NCBI GenBank assembly: GCA_965223155.1
Contig: CBDCVR010000013.1
Coordinates: 448,001 to 512,000, forward strand
Origin: Candidatus Multivoradales bacterium
Lineage (GTDB): Bacteria > Acidobacteriota > Thermoanaerobaculia > Multivoradales > JAHEKO01
Length of the DNA: 64,000 nt
Reading direction: 5' to 3'
The notes below the pieces were generated by a model, which saw only the letters and a list, made by a program, of their open reading frames with translations, had not been told where the DNA came from and did no database searches. Both the position numbers and the translations under genes were made by a program. Of the stretch, positions 40,893 through 50,659 are shown in pieces; position 1 is the first letter of the stretch, and every line of letters starts with the position of its first letter.

Positions 40893-41865
40893 CTATCCGG
40901 AACCCTCGGGGACCGCTGCCTGGACCTCCGCGAACCAGCCTCGCGCGGTCTCGACGTCCTTACCGATCTGCGACACCAGCTCGTCCAGAGCTCCAAACGT
41001 GCGCTCCCCGCGCAAACGCGCCAGAAAGTCGATCTCCACCTCGCGGCCGTAGAGATCGTCTTCGAAATCCAGAATGTGACACTCAACGATCGGCTCGCGC
41101 TCCTCATGTAGCGTCGGCCGCACGCCGACGTTCGCGACGCTCGCAAGAGCCGTCCCCTCACCGTCCAGGCGCAGACCGGTCACGTAGACGCCGTTGCCCG
41201 GCAGGATCTCGTTTTCGGTTGCGAGGTTTAGCGTCGGGAAGCCCAGGTCCCGACCCTTCCCCGCTCCGGCCACGACCGTGCCCCGGACCGCATACGGCCG
41301 TCCCAGGAGCCGCTCCGCGGCGGCAACGTCTCCGGCCTCCACCGTCCGCCGGACTCGGGTGCTGGAGATGGGCTCGCCCGCATCCAGGACCTCGGCGACC
41401 CCGGTCACTTTCCGCCCGGCTTCCGCTGCCAGAGCTTGAAGCAGCGCCAGATCCCCGGACCGATCCCGGCCGAAGGCGAAGCGCGAACCCACGAAGATCT
41501 CGGCGAGCGACAGACCCTCGAACAGGAGCTCCCGGGCGAACCGTTCCGGTGACGTTCGGGCAAGAGTCTGGTCGAAGGCCTACCTCGACCAGGCTGTGGA
41601 CTCCCAGCCGCGCCAACAGGTCCCGCTTCTGCGCATCGGTGGTCAACCGGCGGGGCGCGCTCTCCGGCCGCAGCACGGCCAGGGGATGAGGCTCGAAGGT
41701 GACCACGGCGGCGGGAAGACTCAGCTCCCGAGCCCGATCCACGACCCGTTCCAAGATGGCCCTCTGACCGCGATGGATGCCGTCGTAGTTGCCGATGGTG
41801 CCGACCGCATCGGACACCGCCGGAGGCAGGCCGGCCAGGTCGCCGGCTATACGAAGCGTTTCCAT
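40893..41865 (-). pseudogene. ribF: Riboflavin kinase/FAD synthetase with a 1-nt frameshift near 41579-41580 (probably a sequence error)
   Basis: N-half TIGNYDGIHRGQ, TFEPHP; C-half FAFG, ISSTRVR, GRDLGFPTLN, NVGVRPT, LRGERTF. Span is 973 nt (3n+1); removing one G restores LVEVAFDQTLARTSPERF. Confidence 0.9.
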
Positions 41866-41882
41866 CCCGCCCGGCTGACTCG

Positions 41883-43283
41883 CTAGAGCGCGCCTCGAGC
41901 CGAACCGGAGGCGAGTCGAGCCTCGGCCGAAACCGGTTCCACGATCCTGCCCACGAGGTCGTCGGCGTGCGCTTCGGTGATCTCGACGCGGGCAAAGCCG
42001 GGAGCCTCGATCGTGCCGTCGTTGATCAGCAAGCGGCCGTCGATCTCGGGCGCCATGCCATGGTGCCGCCCCTCGAGTAGATGCTCGGTCTCGCCGCAGA
42101 CCCCTTCGATCAGCGCCTCGACGGTGCGCCCAACCAGGCGTTGCCGCCGTTCGAGGGCGATCGGCCGCTGCCGCTCGAGCAGGTCGTGCTGCCGCCGTTG
42201 CGCGGTCGGCGCCGGCACCCGGCGCTCGAGCTCCGCCGCGGGGGTGCCCTCCTCGGCGCTATACACGAAGGCACCGAGATGATCGAAACCGGCGGCGGCC
42301 ACGAACTCGAGCAGGTGCTCGAAATGCTCGGCACGCTCACCGGGAAACCCGACGATGAAGGTGGAACGCAGGAAGACGTCCGGCGCAAGCTCTCGAGCAC
42401 GAGCCAACTGCTCCAGGTACCTCTCGGCCGTGCCCCCGCGCTTCATCGCCCGCAGCATCTCCGGATGGGAGTGCTGAAGCGGCATGTCCAGATAGGAGAC
42501 GAAGCGCTCCTCGCTGCCCATGAGGTGCAAGAGCTCGTCGTCGAGGGTGGTCGGGTAGGCATAGAGGAAGCGGATCCAAGGCAGCTCGGTGTCTTCGAGC
42601 AGGGCCTCCACCAACTGTGCCATGCCGTGCCTGCCGTATCCCAGATCCTCGCCGTAGCGCGTCGTGTCTTGGGCCACCAGGCAGAGCTCCAGGGTGCCCT
42701 GCTCGGCCAGCGCGCGGGCCTCGGCGACCAAGCTCTGGATCGTCCGGCTGCGGAAGCGTCCCCGCCAGAGAGGGATCGCACAGAAGGTGCACGGATTGTT
42801 GCAGCCTTCGGCGACCTTCAAATAGCCGTAGCCACGGGTGGTCAGGCGGCGCGGTGCGGTGTGATCGAAGACCACGTGCGATGGCGCGGGCGCTTGCGCC
42901 CGGCCGCCTCCGATTCCGACCAAGTCGCCTACCTGCCGGAGGTCGTCCAGGCCGACGAAGCCGTCGATCTCCGGAATCTCCGCGGCCAGCTCCTGGCCAA
43001 AGCGATTCACCATGCAGCCGGCAACCAGGAGCTTCTCGACGCCGCCGCCTTTGCGCTCGGCGACCTCGAGAATCGCGTCGATCGACTCCTGCTTCGCCTC
43101 GTCGATGAACCCGCAGGTGTTGACGATGACCGTCTGAGCCTGGTCCACGTCCGCCACGAGCTCATGGCCCTGGCGCTCCAGCTCACCCAACATGATCTCG
43201 GAGTCCACCCGGTTCTTGGGGCAGCCGAGGCTAATCAGGCCTACCCGTTCCTTGGCGTCTTTCTTGGGCTCGGAGCTCCGCAT
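41883..43283 (-). CDS. rimO: Ribosomal protein S12 methylthiotransferase
   Basis: SLGCPKNRVDSE, VNTCGFI..AKQESI, YLKVAEGCNNPCTFCAIP, RFLYAYP, APEIDG, TRAM domain. Confidence 0.97.
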   Translation of the reverse strand: MRSSEPKKDAKERVGLISLGCPKNRVDSEIMLGELERQGHELVADVDQAQTVIVNTCGFIDEAKQESIDAILEVAERKGGGVEKLLVAGCMVNRFGQELAAEIPEIDGFVGLDDLRQVGDLVGIGGGRAQAPAPSHVVFDHTAPRRLTTRGYGYLKVAEGCNNPCTFCAIPLWRGRFRSRTIQSLVAEARALAEQGTLELCLVAQDTTRYGEDLGYGRHGMAQLVEALLEDTELPWIRFLYAYPTTLDDELLHLMGSEERFVSYLDMPLQHSHPEMLRAMKRGGTAERYLEQLARARELAPDVFLRSTFIVGFPGERAEHFEHLLEFVAAAGFDHLGAFVYSAEEGTPAAELERRVPAPTAQRRQHDLLERQRPIALERRQRLVGRTVEALIEGVCGETEHLLEGRHHGMAPEIDGRLLINDGTIEAPGFARVEITEAHADDLVGRIVEPVSAEARLASGSARGAL

Positions 43284-43339
43284 CGCAGCCGGGAATTCTA
43301 CCAGTCCAACGGACTTGGGCGCGGCGGTAGACTCCGCTC

Positions 43340-44338
43340 ATGCGCGCCCTGGCTTCGCTCTACGGACTCCTGGCCGGGGCACGGGCGCCGGCGTCCTTGC
43401 TCCTCGCCACGGCCCGCGCCATGGCCGCAAGCCGGGCCCGTTCCCTCGCGCTTCGAGAACGCGAGAGCGCCGCCGACCGCGCCGAGAGCAACCGACGGGT
43501 CGATCGGGCTATCCCGGGTCCCTCGGCTCCGAAGAAAGCCGCGCGGGTCGCACCGCCCCCTCCGCTCCCCACCCATGTGCTGGGAGCCCTCGGGTTTCCG
43601 GGCTGCTCGTACTGGCCGCGCTGGGCCAAGGACGTCGACCGCGCCGAGCTCGAGCTCTTCGAGCTCATCGAACGGGCCGCGGGCCTTTCCAGCGACTTGT
43701 CCTTCCTCGAGACGGGGCGCGGCGACGGAGCCTTCGGGCGCTGGTGGCGGACGCGCCACGGGGAAGGCACGATCCAGGTGGCCGGGGCCGCCGGAGCCGA
43801 GTCGGATCCCGGCTCCCGTTCCAGTGGCCCGCCAGACGGGTCGCACCAGCGCTTCGACCGCATCCTGGCTTTCGAGCCCGTCTTCGCCTGGACTGGAGCC
43901 GGATCCAATGGACCCAACGGATCCGACAGCGAGAGCTCTCCCCTGGCCCGCGCGATCCAGGCTCTCCTCGGCCGGCTCACCCCTGGCGGCCGGCTCTACG
44001 TCCAGTTTCCCGCCCACTGGCGGGACGCCTACGCGGTCGAGGCTCACGACCGCTGGATGTTGCCGTGGACGCCTGCCGGAGCCCTCCTACCCGGAGGAGA
44101 CCTCGTCGCCGCCCTCGACGCCGAGCTGGAGCCCCTCTACCGGCGCGAGCTGAGCGGCGAGCACTACGAACGCACGGCCAGGGCTTGGCGTTCGCGCCTA
44201 TCGGGGCCGGAAGGCACGGACCGCGGAAGTCGCGGGAGCGCCCGGATCCGGGCCGCGCTCCTGGCGATCGAAGCCGCCTTCGGCTACCGCGAGGGCCAGG
44301 AGTGGTGGTTGGTGCAGCGGGTGTACGAAGCCCGCTAG
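43340..44338 (+). CDS. Degenerate class I SAM-dependent methyltransferase (CFA synthase/CNMT-like)
   Basis: GCSYW, FLETGRGDG (eroded motif I), SGEHYERTARAW, FGYREGQEWW; low-complexity insertions. Confidence 0.6.
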   Translation: MRALASLYGLLAGARAPASLLLATARAMAASRARSLALRERESAADRAESNRRVDRAIPGPSAPKKAARVAPPPPLPTHVLGALGFPGCSYWPRWAKDVDRAELELFELIERAAGLSSDLSFLETGRGDGAFGRWWRTRHGEGTIQVAGAAGAESDPGSRSSGPPDGSHQRFDRILAFEPVFAWTGAGSNGPNGSDSESSPLARAIQALLGRLTPGGRLYVQFPAHWRDAYAVEAHDRWMLPWTPAGALLPGGDLVAALDAELEPLYRRELSGEHYERTARAWRSRLSGPEGTDRGSRGSARIRAALLAIEAAFGYREGQEWWLVQRVYEAR

Positions 44339-44363
44339 CCCTCTCGAGGAGCGCCTGTGCTGG

Positions 44364-46988
44364 TCAGGCGCCGGGCTCGAGTGGGGGCTCGAGCGGGAAC
44401 AGGGTTCCGAGAAGCTCGTCCAGACGCTGGCGCCAGCTCGCCCAGCTATGGCCGTCCGGCACCACGCGCGTGTTGACACCATGCCCCTTGCCCTCGAGGG
44501 CCGCCCGGAGTCGCTCGTTGGCCCCGGCCGCGTCCCAATTCTCGAGCGCGCTCCGCAGATCGTAGGCCCCCCAATCCAAGTAGACGTCGAAGGGCCGCTC
44601 CTCGGCTTCCGGTACCAGCGGATGCACCATGGGGGCGTGCAGAGTCAGCATGAACATCGATTGCGTCCCCAGCTTGCCGAAGCGCTCGGCGTCGTGAAAG
44701 GCCACGGCCGCCGCCACGAGCCCGCCAAAGCCCTGGCCGATCGACGCCCGGCCCGATCGATCGTCGAGCGTTCGATAGGTGGCGTCGATGTACGGAACCA
44801 CGGTCTCGCGCACGAACGTGACGTAGCCCATGGTGGTGCCGGGACCGAAGAACTCACCGCGGCGGCCCACCGGCAGCTCGTCGATGAGCACCGCGATGAG
44901 CGGCCGGACGGCGCTCCCGACCAGGTTGTCGAGGGCGTTCCGAAGCCAATCCAGTTCCTCGGGCCGACCGTGAAAATACGCCACGGGATAGGCCGCATCG
45001 GAGGCGTCGTAGCCGGCCGGCAGATAGACGTGGATGCTTCGTTCGCTAGGAGCCGCTTCGCCCTCGCCGTCGCCACCCTCGGCGGGACCGGCACCAGGCG
45101 GGAGCGGGATCGGGAACTTGGCGGTCTCGATCCTGCCCCGTGGAGCGTTTTCCGGCGGCGGCGCCAGGAATTCGGGATCGGACCAGCCGGGCATCCCGAA
45201 CCAGGATGCCGGGCCGTCCATGGTGGCGGTCACCCGCGGGTTGCGGGGATCCACTTCGGCCTCGGCGAAGTCGACCGAGAACTGGTAGTTGACCCGGGCG
45301 TCGGGCTCGAGCGTCCAGGCCAGATGGAAGAGGTCGGTGCCAGGCAGCCGGTCCAGGGGCACTTCATTGCGCGCCCCGATGAGGTCGCCTGCCAGCGAGA
45401 CGTCTTCGGCTTGCCCGCGGTAGAGGAAATGTACCGTGTCCCCTTCGACCAGAGGGAACTCCTCGATCGAGGCCATGAGCTCGTCCACCAGCGCCGGCCG
45501 CTCGCCGTCGGTGGTACCTTCCAGCTGGGCCTGAAATCGCCGCCAGATCGAATCCTCGCCCGCTTCCGACCCCCCATCTCCAGCATCGGCGACGACCGCC
45601 TGGACGGCGCCCTCTCGGACCTCGAAGGCGACGATCTCGGCCATGCTGCGCGCGAAGATCCGCCCCCTCGCCACGCTCGCCGGTCCCCAGGCCTGGCTCG
45701 AGAACGCATCCACGCCTGAGAGCTCCTCGTAGCCTTCGGGCGCCGCCTTCGCCAGGTGGATCGAGCCCTTCTTGGCCACGATCACGAGGTGTCCGTCCAC
45801 GGCCATCACAAAGCCGTCTCCCGGCCGCCGCGACTTCCAGTTGGTGGCGCCGGTAGCGGCGTCCACGCTGGTCAGGAAGCGGGCGCTGTAGCCGTACAAG
45901 TGGCCCTCGTGAGCGACCGCGGTGTCGTAGGTTCCTCGAATCGAGCCCGAGCTCCAGACCTCCCGCCAGGGAGCCTCGCCGTCCGAGCGCTCGAGCAACA
46001 CCGAGCCAGCCTCCTTATGCGTGAGAAAGAGCCGGTCAGCGGCGATCGGCACCGGGTTCGCCGAGAGTCCGCCCATCGGAGAAGGGTCCCCGCCATGCTC
46101 GTACTCCCACACGACCCGGCCGGAGGCGGACTCGAGCAGAAACAACTTCCGGTCGGCCATCGCCAGCACCCGCGACTGCTCCCCGTCTTGGATCAGGATC
46201 GGAGACTGGTAGTTGATGCCGTCCTCGGCCGCGCGCCAGCGCAGCGCCCCGGTTTCGGCTTCGAAGCCCGCCAGCGCCTGCCCGCCCTCGGAGCCGAAGG
46301 CGACGACGACGATCTCGCCCACGGCGACCGGCGAGCTGGAAAAGCCGTAGTGGGGCTTGACCGCGCCGTAGCCGTCAACCAGCTCCACCCGCCAGACCTC
46401 GGCGCCGCTCGCGGCGTCGAGCGCCATCACCGATCCCCAGGGACCGAGCATGAAGACCTTGCCGGCGTGCACCGCCGGAGTCGCGATGGGGCCGGTGTGC
46501 GAGCCGTCGTGGCCCGGATAGGTCGGCCCGATGACTGTTTGCCAGAGCTTGTCGCCGGCGTCCGCGTCGAAGGCCACGACGAAGTCGGTCTCGCCGTCCG
46601 AGTAGGCGGTGATCGCCCGGCCGTCGGCAACAGACACACTCGAATAGCCCGTGCCCAGGTCCTGCCGCCAGGAGACGGCGAGCTCGGGCTCTTGGATACC
46701 GTCGAAGAGCCCCGTACCGTGAGCGCTGGTGTCCGAGTTCGGTCCCCGCCAGCGACTCCATTCCTCGCCCGAGCCGGGCACTGCCACGCTCAGGATCATC
46801 AGAACGCTCAGCAGACCCGGGAGGCTCAGCGTGCTCCGAAGCCACGGAAGTGCCCGAAACGTCGTCCGGCCGCAGTCGTCTCGGGAATCGGGAGCGTCAG
46901 AGAAGCTCGTGAGGTGCGAAAAGCACCGGGAGTCCGCCTGGGCCTCGCTTCGTATCCGTCCGCCGTACCGATTTCCGAATGCTTCCAT
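44364..46988 (-). CDS. Secreted PQQ-like beta-propeller with CBM48-like and Fes-type esterase-like domains
   Basis: WSRWRGP, GYSS, repeated ALDAxxGxxxW; VHFLYRG...VSLAGD; IHVYLPAGY, VVPYIDATYRT, DGHSWASW; SD AGGAG before ATG 46988. Confidence 0.85.
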   Translation of the reverse strand: MEAFGNRYGGRIRSEAQADSRCFSHLTSFSDAPDSRDDCGRTTFRALPWLRSTLSLPGLLSVLMILSVAVPGSGEEWSRWRGPNSDTSAHGTGLFDGIQEPELAVSWRQDLGTGYSSVSVADGRAITAYSDGETDFVVAFDADAGDKLWQTVIGPTYPGHDGSHTGPIATPAVHAGKVFMLGPWGSVMALDAASGAEVWRVELVDGYGAVKPHYGFSSSPVAVGEIVVVAFGSEGGQALAGFEAETGALRWRAAEDGINYQSPILIQDGEQSRVLAMADRKLFLLESASGRVVWEYEHGGDPSPMGGLSANPVPIAADRLFLTHKEAGSVLLERSDGEAPWREVWSSGSIRGTYDTAVAHEGHLYGYSARFLTSVDAATGATNWKSRRPGDGFVMAVDGHLVIVAKKGSIHLAKAAPEGYEELSGVDAFSSQAWGPASVARGRIFARSMAEIVAFEVREGAVQAVVADAGDGGSEAGEDSIWRRFQAQLEGTTDGERPALVDELMASIEEFPLVEGDTVHFLYRGQAEDVSLAGDLIGARNEVPLDRLPGTDLFHLAWTLEPDARVNYQFSVDFAEAEVDPRNPRVTATMDGPASWFGMPGWSDPEFLAPPPENAPRGRIETAKFPIPLPPGAGPAEGGDGEGEAAPSERSIHVYLPAGYDASDAAYPVAYFHGRPEELDWLRNALDNLVGSAVRPLIAVLIDELPVGRRGEFFGPGTTMGYVTFVRETVVPYIDATYRTLDDRSGRASIGQGFGGLVAAAVAFHDAERFGKLGTQSMFMLTLHAPMVHPLVPEAEERPFDVYLDWGAYDLRSALENWDAAGANERLRAALEGKGHGVNTRVVPDGHSWASWRQRLDELLGTLFPLEPPLEPGA

Positions 46989-47388
46989 GGTCCAGTTCTC
47001 CTGCCGGGTTGTTCTGGGTTGCTGTGGGGTTCGCGGTAGCGGCCGACGGCCGCGGTTGCCGAAGAGTACCCGATCCCGGCGGGCTCCCGGCGCCGGGTAG
47101 CGGTACGTTTTGGTCCGTCGCCGATCTCGTGGGCGACTGCTAATTTGAAAACGTGCCACTACACGGCGCCGGACCGTCAGCTCCCACGGGGCGCGGTCCG
47201 GTTGCGCCACCCTCCGGCGCCGGCTAGCATCCGGCCACCGAACTGCGACGGGCGGCCCCGACCGCACGACCGGCCGGCTACCATCCGAACGATGGCTATC
47301 GGCCGACGCATCCAGCCGCCCGTGGTAGAAACCCAAGTGGTTACGAGACAAGATTCTTCGATACGAATCCAAGGCGCAAGGAGACTCG

Positions 47389-47511
47389 ATGCGATGTCAT
47401 CGCGAACGGCAACGAACGCGGCAGAGCCGCCCTCATCCCGTCCCCTTGTGCCCGCAATGCCACCGTCTCGCCCTGGATCACCGACTGCTCAAGGAGGACG
47501 AATCGAGATGA
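47389..47511 (+). CDS. Putative 40-aa Cys/His leader or small protein containing CxxCH
   Basis: AAGGAG-N5-ATG; MRCHRERQRTRQSRPHPVPLCPQCHRLALDHRLLKEDESR; TGA overlaps the next ATG. Confidence 0.4.
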   Translation: MRCHRERQRTRQSRPHPVPLCPQCHRLALDHRLLKEDESR

Positions 47512-49124
47512 AACGCTGGCGCAGCGTCGCCGGGGCCACCGCCGCTTGCTTGACGTGGGCAGTCGTCCCCGTTTCGGCTGCGGCTCCCCAGGTGCACGCC
47601 ATTACCGACGTACGGATCGTGGTCGCACCCGGCCAAACCATCGAGAACGGCACCGTCGTCGTTCGCGACGGCGTGATCGCAGCCGTCGGCTCCGACGTCG
47701 CCGTTCCCGAGGACGCTCGGGTGTGGGAACGATCCGACCTGACCGTCTACCCGGGTCTGATCGAACCCTACGCGACTCGCTCATGGCCGGACAAGGCAGC
47801 GAGCGACGACGAGCCCTCCCCGGGAGCCCACGGCAACGAGATGGTGCGTCCAGAGCGCAGCATGGCGACCTACGGCATCGAGGAATCCCAAGCCAAGAGG
47901 CTCCGGGAGGCGGGCTTCACCACCGCGGTCGTGGCGCCCAAGGAAGGGATCTTTCGCGGCCGTAGCGCGGTGATGAACCTGGGCGCCGGGAAGGCGAACG
48001 CCAACCTGCTCATACCCGACTTCGCGCACAACCTGTCATTCGCCACCAACTCGTTCGGCGAAGGCTACCCGGTCTCCCTGATGGGCGCCATCGCTCTGAT
48101 TCGGCAGACAATCATGGACACACGCTGGCACGGAGAGGCTTGGCGGGCCTACGAAGCGAACCCCGCTCAGAAGCGCCCCCAGCGCAACGCCGCCTGGGCC
48201 GCTCTGGCCGGCGTGGCCGCCGGGTCCGAAACCCTGGTCGTGGACACGGAGGAACCTCTGAACGCCCTGCGCGCCGGCCGGCTGGCGCGCGAGTTCGGCC
48301 TCGATGTGCAGCTCGTCGGCTCCGGCAAGGAGTACCGCTGGCTGGACGAGATCGTCGCGCTGGACACGCCGATCCTGCTTCCCCTGAGCTTTCCCGACGT
48401 GCCCAACGTCCCCGCCGACGGCGAGCCGGACGATCCATCCTTGAGCCTCGAAGACCTGCGCCATTGGGACGAGGCGCCAACCAACCCGAAGGCACTCCTC
48501 GACGCCGGCGCGACCATCGCCTTCACCAGCCACGGCCTCGACGACCCCAAGACCGTCCTGACCAAGGCCTACCTGGCGATCGACCGCGGCGGGTTGACGG
48601 CCGACGAAGCGCTGGCGGCGCTGACCGTGACGCCGGCGGCGCTCCTCGGCATCTCCGGAACCGCCGGCACCGTCGAAGTCGGCAAGATGGCCAACCTCCT
48701 AATCGCCGAAGGCGATCTCTTCGTCGAGGAGCCCAGCCTGCGTGAGGTCTGGGTCGACGGCGAGCGATTCGAGATCAAAGAGGCCAAGCCACCCGAGATC
48801 GAGCCCGCCGGCATCTGGGATCTGACCGTCCTGACTCCGGATGGCCAGAAGCTCCCGGCGACGCTGACGATCGAGGGCACGGTGCCGGATCTTTCGGGCA
48901 CCATCTCCAGCCCCAGCGGCGACGTGGACCTGGACTCGGCCTCGGTGTCCGGCAAACGCCTCGAGATTTCCTTCAACGGAGCCTCCTACGGTATGCCGGG
49001 AACCATCGAGTTGCACCTCGAAATCGAGGGGAATTCCGGAACCGGTAGTGGCACTATCCCCGACGGCAGCAATTTCTCGGTCAAAGGAACCCGCACTCCC
49101 AAGGAGCCGGAGGTGAGCTCATGA
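47508..49124 (+). CDS. Secreted amidohydrolase-family protein lacking HxH, with an extra C-terminal beta domain
   Basis: SD AAGGAGG; signal peptide; VYPGLIEPY, YPVSLMGAIALIRQ, GTVEVGKMANL. Confidence 0.88.
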   Translation: MKRWRSVAGATAACLTWAVVPVSAAAPQVHAITDVRIVVAPGQTIENGTVVVRDGVIAAVGSDVAVPEDARVWERSDLTVYPGLIEPYATRSWPDKAASDDEPSPGAHGNEMVRPERSMATYGIEESQAKRLREAGFTTAVVAPKEGIFRGRSAVMNLGAGKANANLLIPDFAHNLSFATNSFGEGYPVSLMGAIALIRQTIMDTRWHGEAWRAYEANPAQKRPQRNAAWAALAGVAAGSETLVVDTEEPLNALRAGRLAREFGLDVQLVGSGKEYRWLDEIVALDTPILLPLSFPDVPNVPADGEPDDPSLSLEDLRHWDEAPTNPKALLDAGATIAFTSHGLDDPKTVLTKAYLAIDRGGLTADEALAALTVTPAALLGISGTAGTVEVGKMANLLIAEGDLFVEEPSLREVWVDGERFEIKEAKPPEIEPAGIWDLTVLTPDGQKLPATLTIEGTVPDLSGTISSPSGDVDLDSASVSGKRLEISFNGASYGMPGTIELHLEIEGNSGTGSGTIPDGSNFSVKGTRTPKEPEVSS

Positions 49125-50659
49125 ACGAACCCCTCAGGACAATCACGGCCCGAATCGGAGGGTTCGCCGCCATCGCGACGGGCCTGGCGCTCGCCCTCGC
49201 CGGCGGCGCCTACGCCGCCACCGGCGATCCTTCGGCTTGGCGCAACCCGACGCCGGACCAGCCGGCGGTGGTTCTGGTTCGAAACGCCACGATCTGGACC
49301 AGCGGCCCCGAAGGCACTCTGGAAGAAGCGGACCTTTTGGTGCGGGCCGGCAAGATCGCAAGCGTCGGCAAGGGCCTCGCCGCACCGGACGATGCCGTCG
49401 TCGTCGACGCAGCCGGCAAGCACGTCACCCCCGGGCTAATCGACGCCCACTCCCACTCGGCCATCAATGGCGGCGTCAACGAAGGCACCAACATCACCAC
49501 CTCCGAGGTCCGTATTCAGGATGTGGTGAACGCCGAAACCGTCAATCTCTACTGGCAGCTCGCGGGCGGACTCACCACCGCCAACCTCATGCACGGGTCG
49601 GCCAACTCGATCAACGGCCAGACCGCCGTCATCAAGCTCCGTTGGGGGGCGTCCCCGGACGAGCTCCTGCTCGACGGCGCTCTGCCCGGAATCAAGTTCG
49701 CTCTGGGTGAAAACCCCAAGCAGAGTAACTGGAACGTCGAAGAGCGACGCTATCCCCAGACCCGCCCCGGCGTCGAACAGTCGATTCGCGAGCGCTTTCG
49801 CGCCGCCGTCGACTACCGCCGCCGCTGGCAGGCGTGGGATGCCCAAAACCGCGGCACGTCCCGGACCTCCCGGCGCTCCGCTCCACGGCCGGCACAGGTG
49901 CCGCCCCGCCGCGATCTCCAGCTCGAAGCGCTGCTCGAGGTCTTGGACGGCGAGCGCGGCATCCAATCCCACTCCTATCGCGCCGACGAGATCATCATGC
50001 TGATGCGGATCGCCGAGGATTTCGGTTTCCGGGTGCAGTGTTTCCAGCACGTCCTCGAAGGCTACAAGGTAGCTGACGAGCTGGCTCGCCACGGTGCCGG
50101 CGCCTCGACTTTCAGCGACTGGTGGGGCTACAAGTACGAGGTGATCGACGCGATCCCGTACAACGGCGCTGTGATGTGGGACCGCGACGTGGTCGTTTCG
50201 TTCAACTCGGACGACTCGGAGCTGGCCCGGCGCATGAACCTGGAAGCCGCCAAGGCGGTTCGCTACGGCAACGTGCCCGAGGACGAAGCGCTCAAGTTCG
50301 TGACCCTGAACGCGGCCATTCAGCTCGGCATCCAGGAGCGAGTGGGCTCGCTCGAAGCCGGAAAAGACGCGGATTTCGTCGTCTGGAGCGGCCATCCTCT
50401 CTCTTCGTACTCGGTGGCCGAGCAGACCTGGATCGACGGCCGCAAGTACTTCGATCGAGCGGCGGACCTCAAGCGCCGGACCGCGGTCGCCGCCGAGCGT
50501 GAGGCGCTGATCGCCCGCGCGCGCTCGTTTCAAGAGGAGCCAGAGGACGAGGAAGAGACCGAAACCGATGAAGAGGCCGACGAGGAGCCCGCCGAGCCGG
50601 ACGAGGAACCGGTCGGTGGCTCTGGTGCAAGCCGGACCGCCTTGGAGGTGAGCCGATGA
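49121..50659 (+). CDS. Secreted amidohydrolase-family protein with metal ligands intact
   Basis: TPGLIDAHSH, KFALGENPK, SHSYRADE, FQHVLEGYK, NSDD, GSLEAGKDAD. Confidence 0.92.
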   Translation: MNEPLRTITARIGGFAAIATGLALALAGGAYAATGDPSAWRNPTPDQPAVVLVRNATIWTSGPEGTLEEADLLVRAGKIASVGKGLAAPDDAVVVDAAGKHVTPGLIDAHSHSAINGGVNEGTNITTSEVRIQDVVNAETVNLYWQLAGGLTTANLMHGSANSINGQTAVIKLRWGASPDELLLDGALPGIKFALGENPKQSNWNVEERRYPQTRPGVEQSIRERFRAAVDYRRRWQAWDAQNRGTSRTSRRSAPRPAQVPPRRDLQLEALLEVLDGERGIQSHSYRADEIIMLMRIAEDFGFRVQCFQHVLEGYKVADELARHGAGASTFSDWWGYKYEVIDAIPYNGAVMWDRDVVVSFNSDDSELARRMNLEAAKAVRYGNVPEDEALKFVTLNAAIQLGIQERVGSLEAGKDADFVVWSGHPLSSYSVAEQTWIDGRKYFDRAADLKRRTAVAAEREALIARARSFQEEPEDEEETETDEEADEEPAEPDEEPVGGSGASRTALEVSR

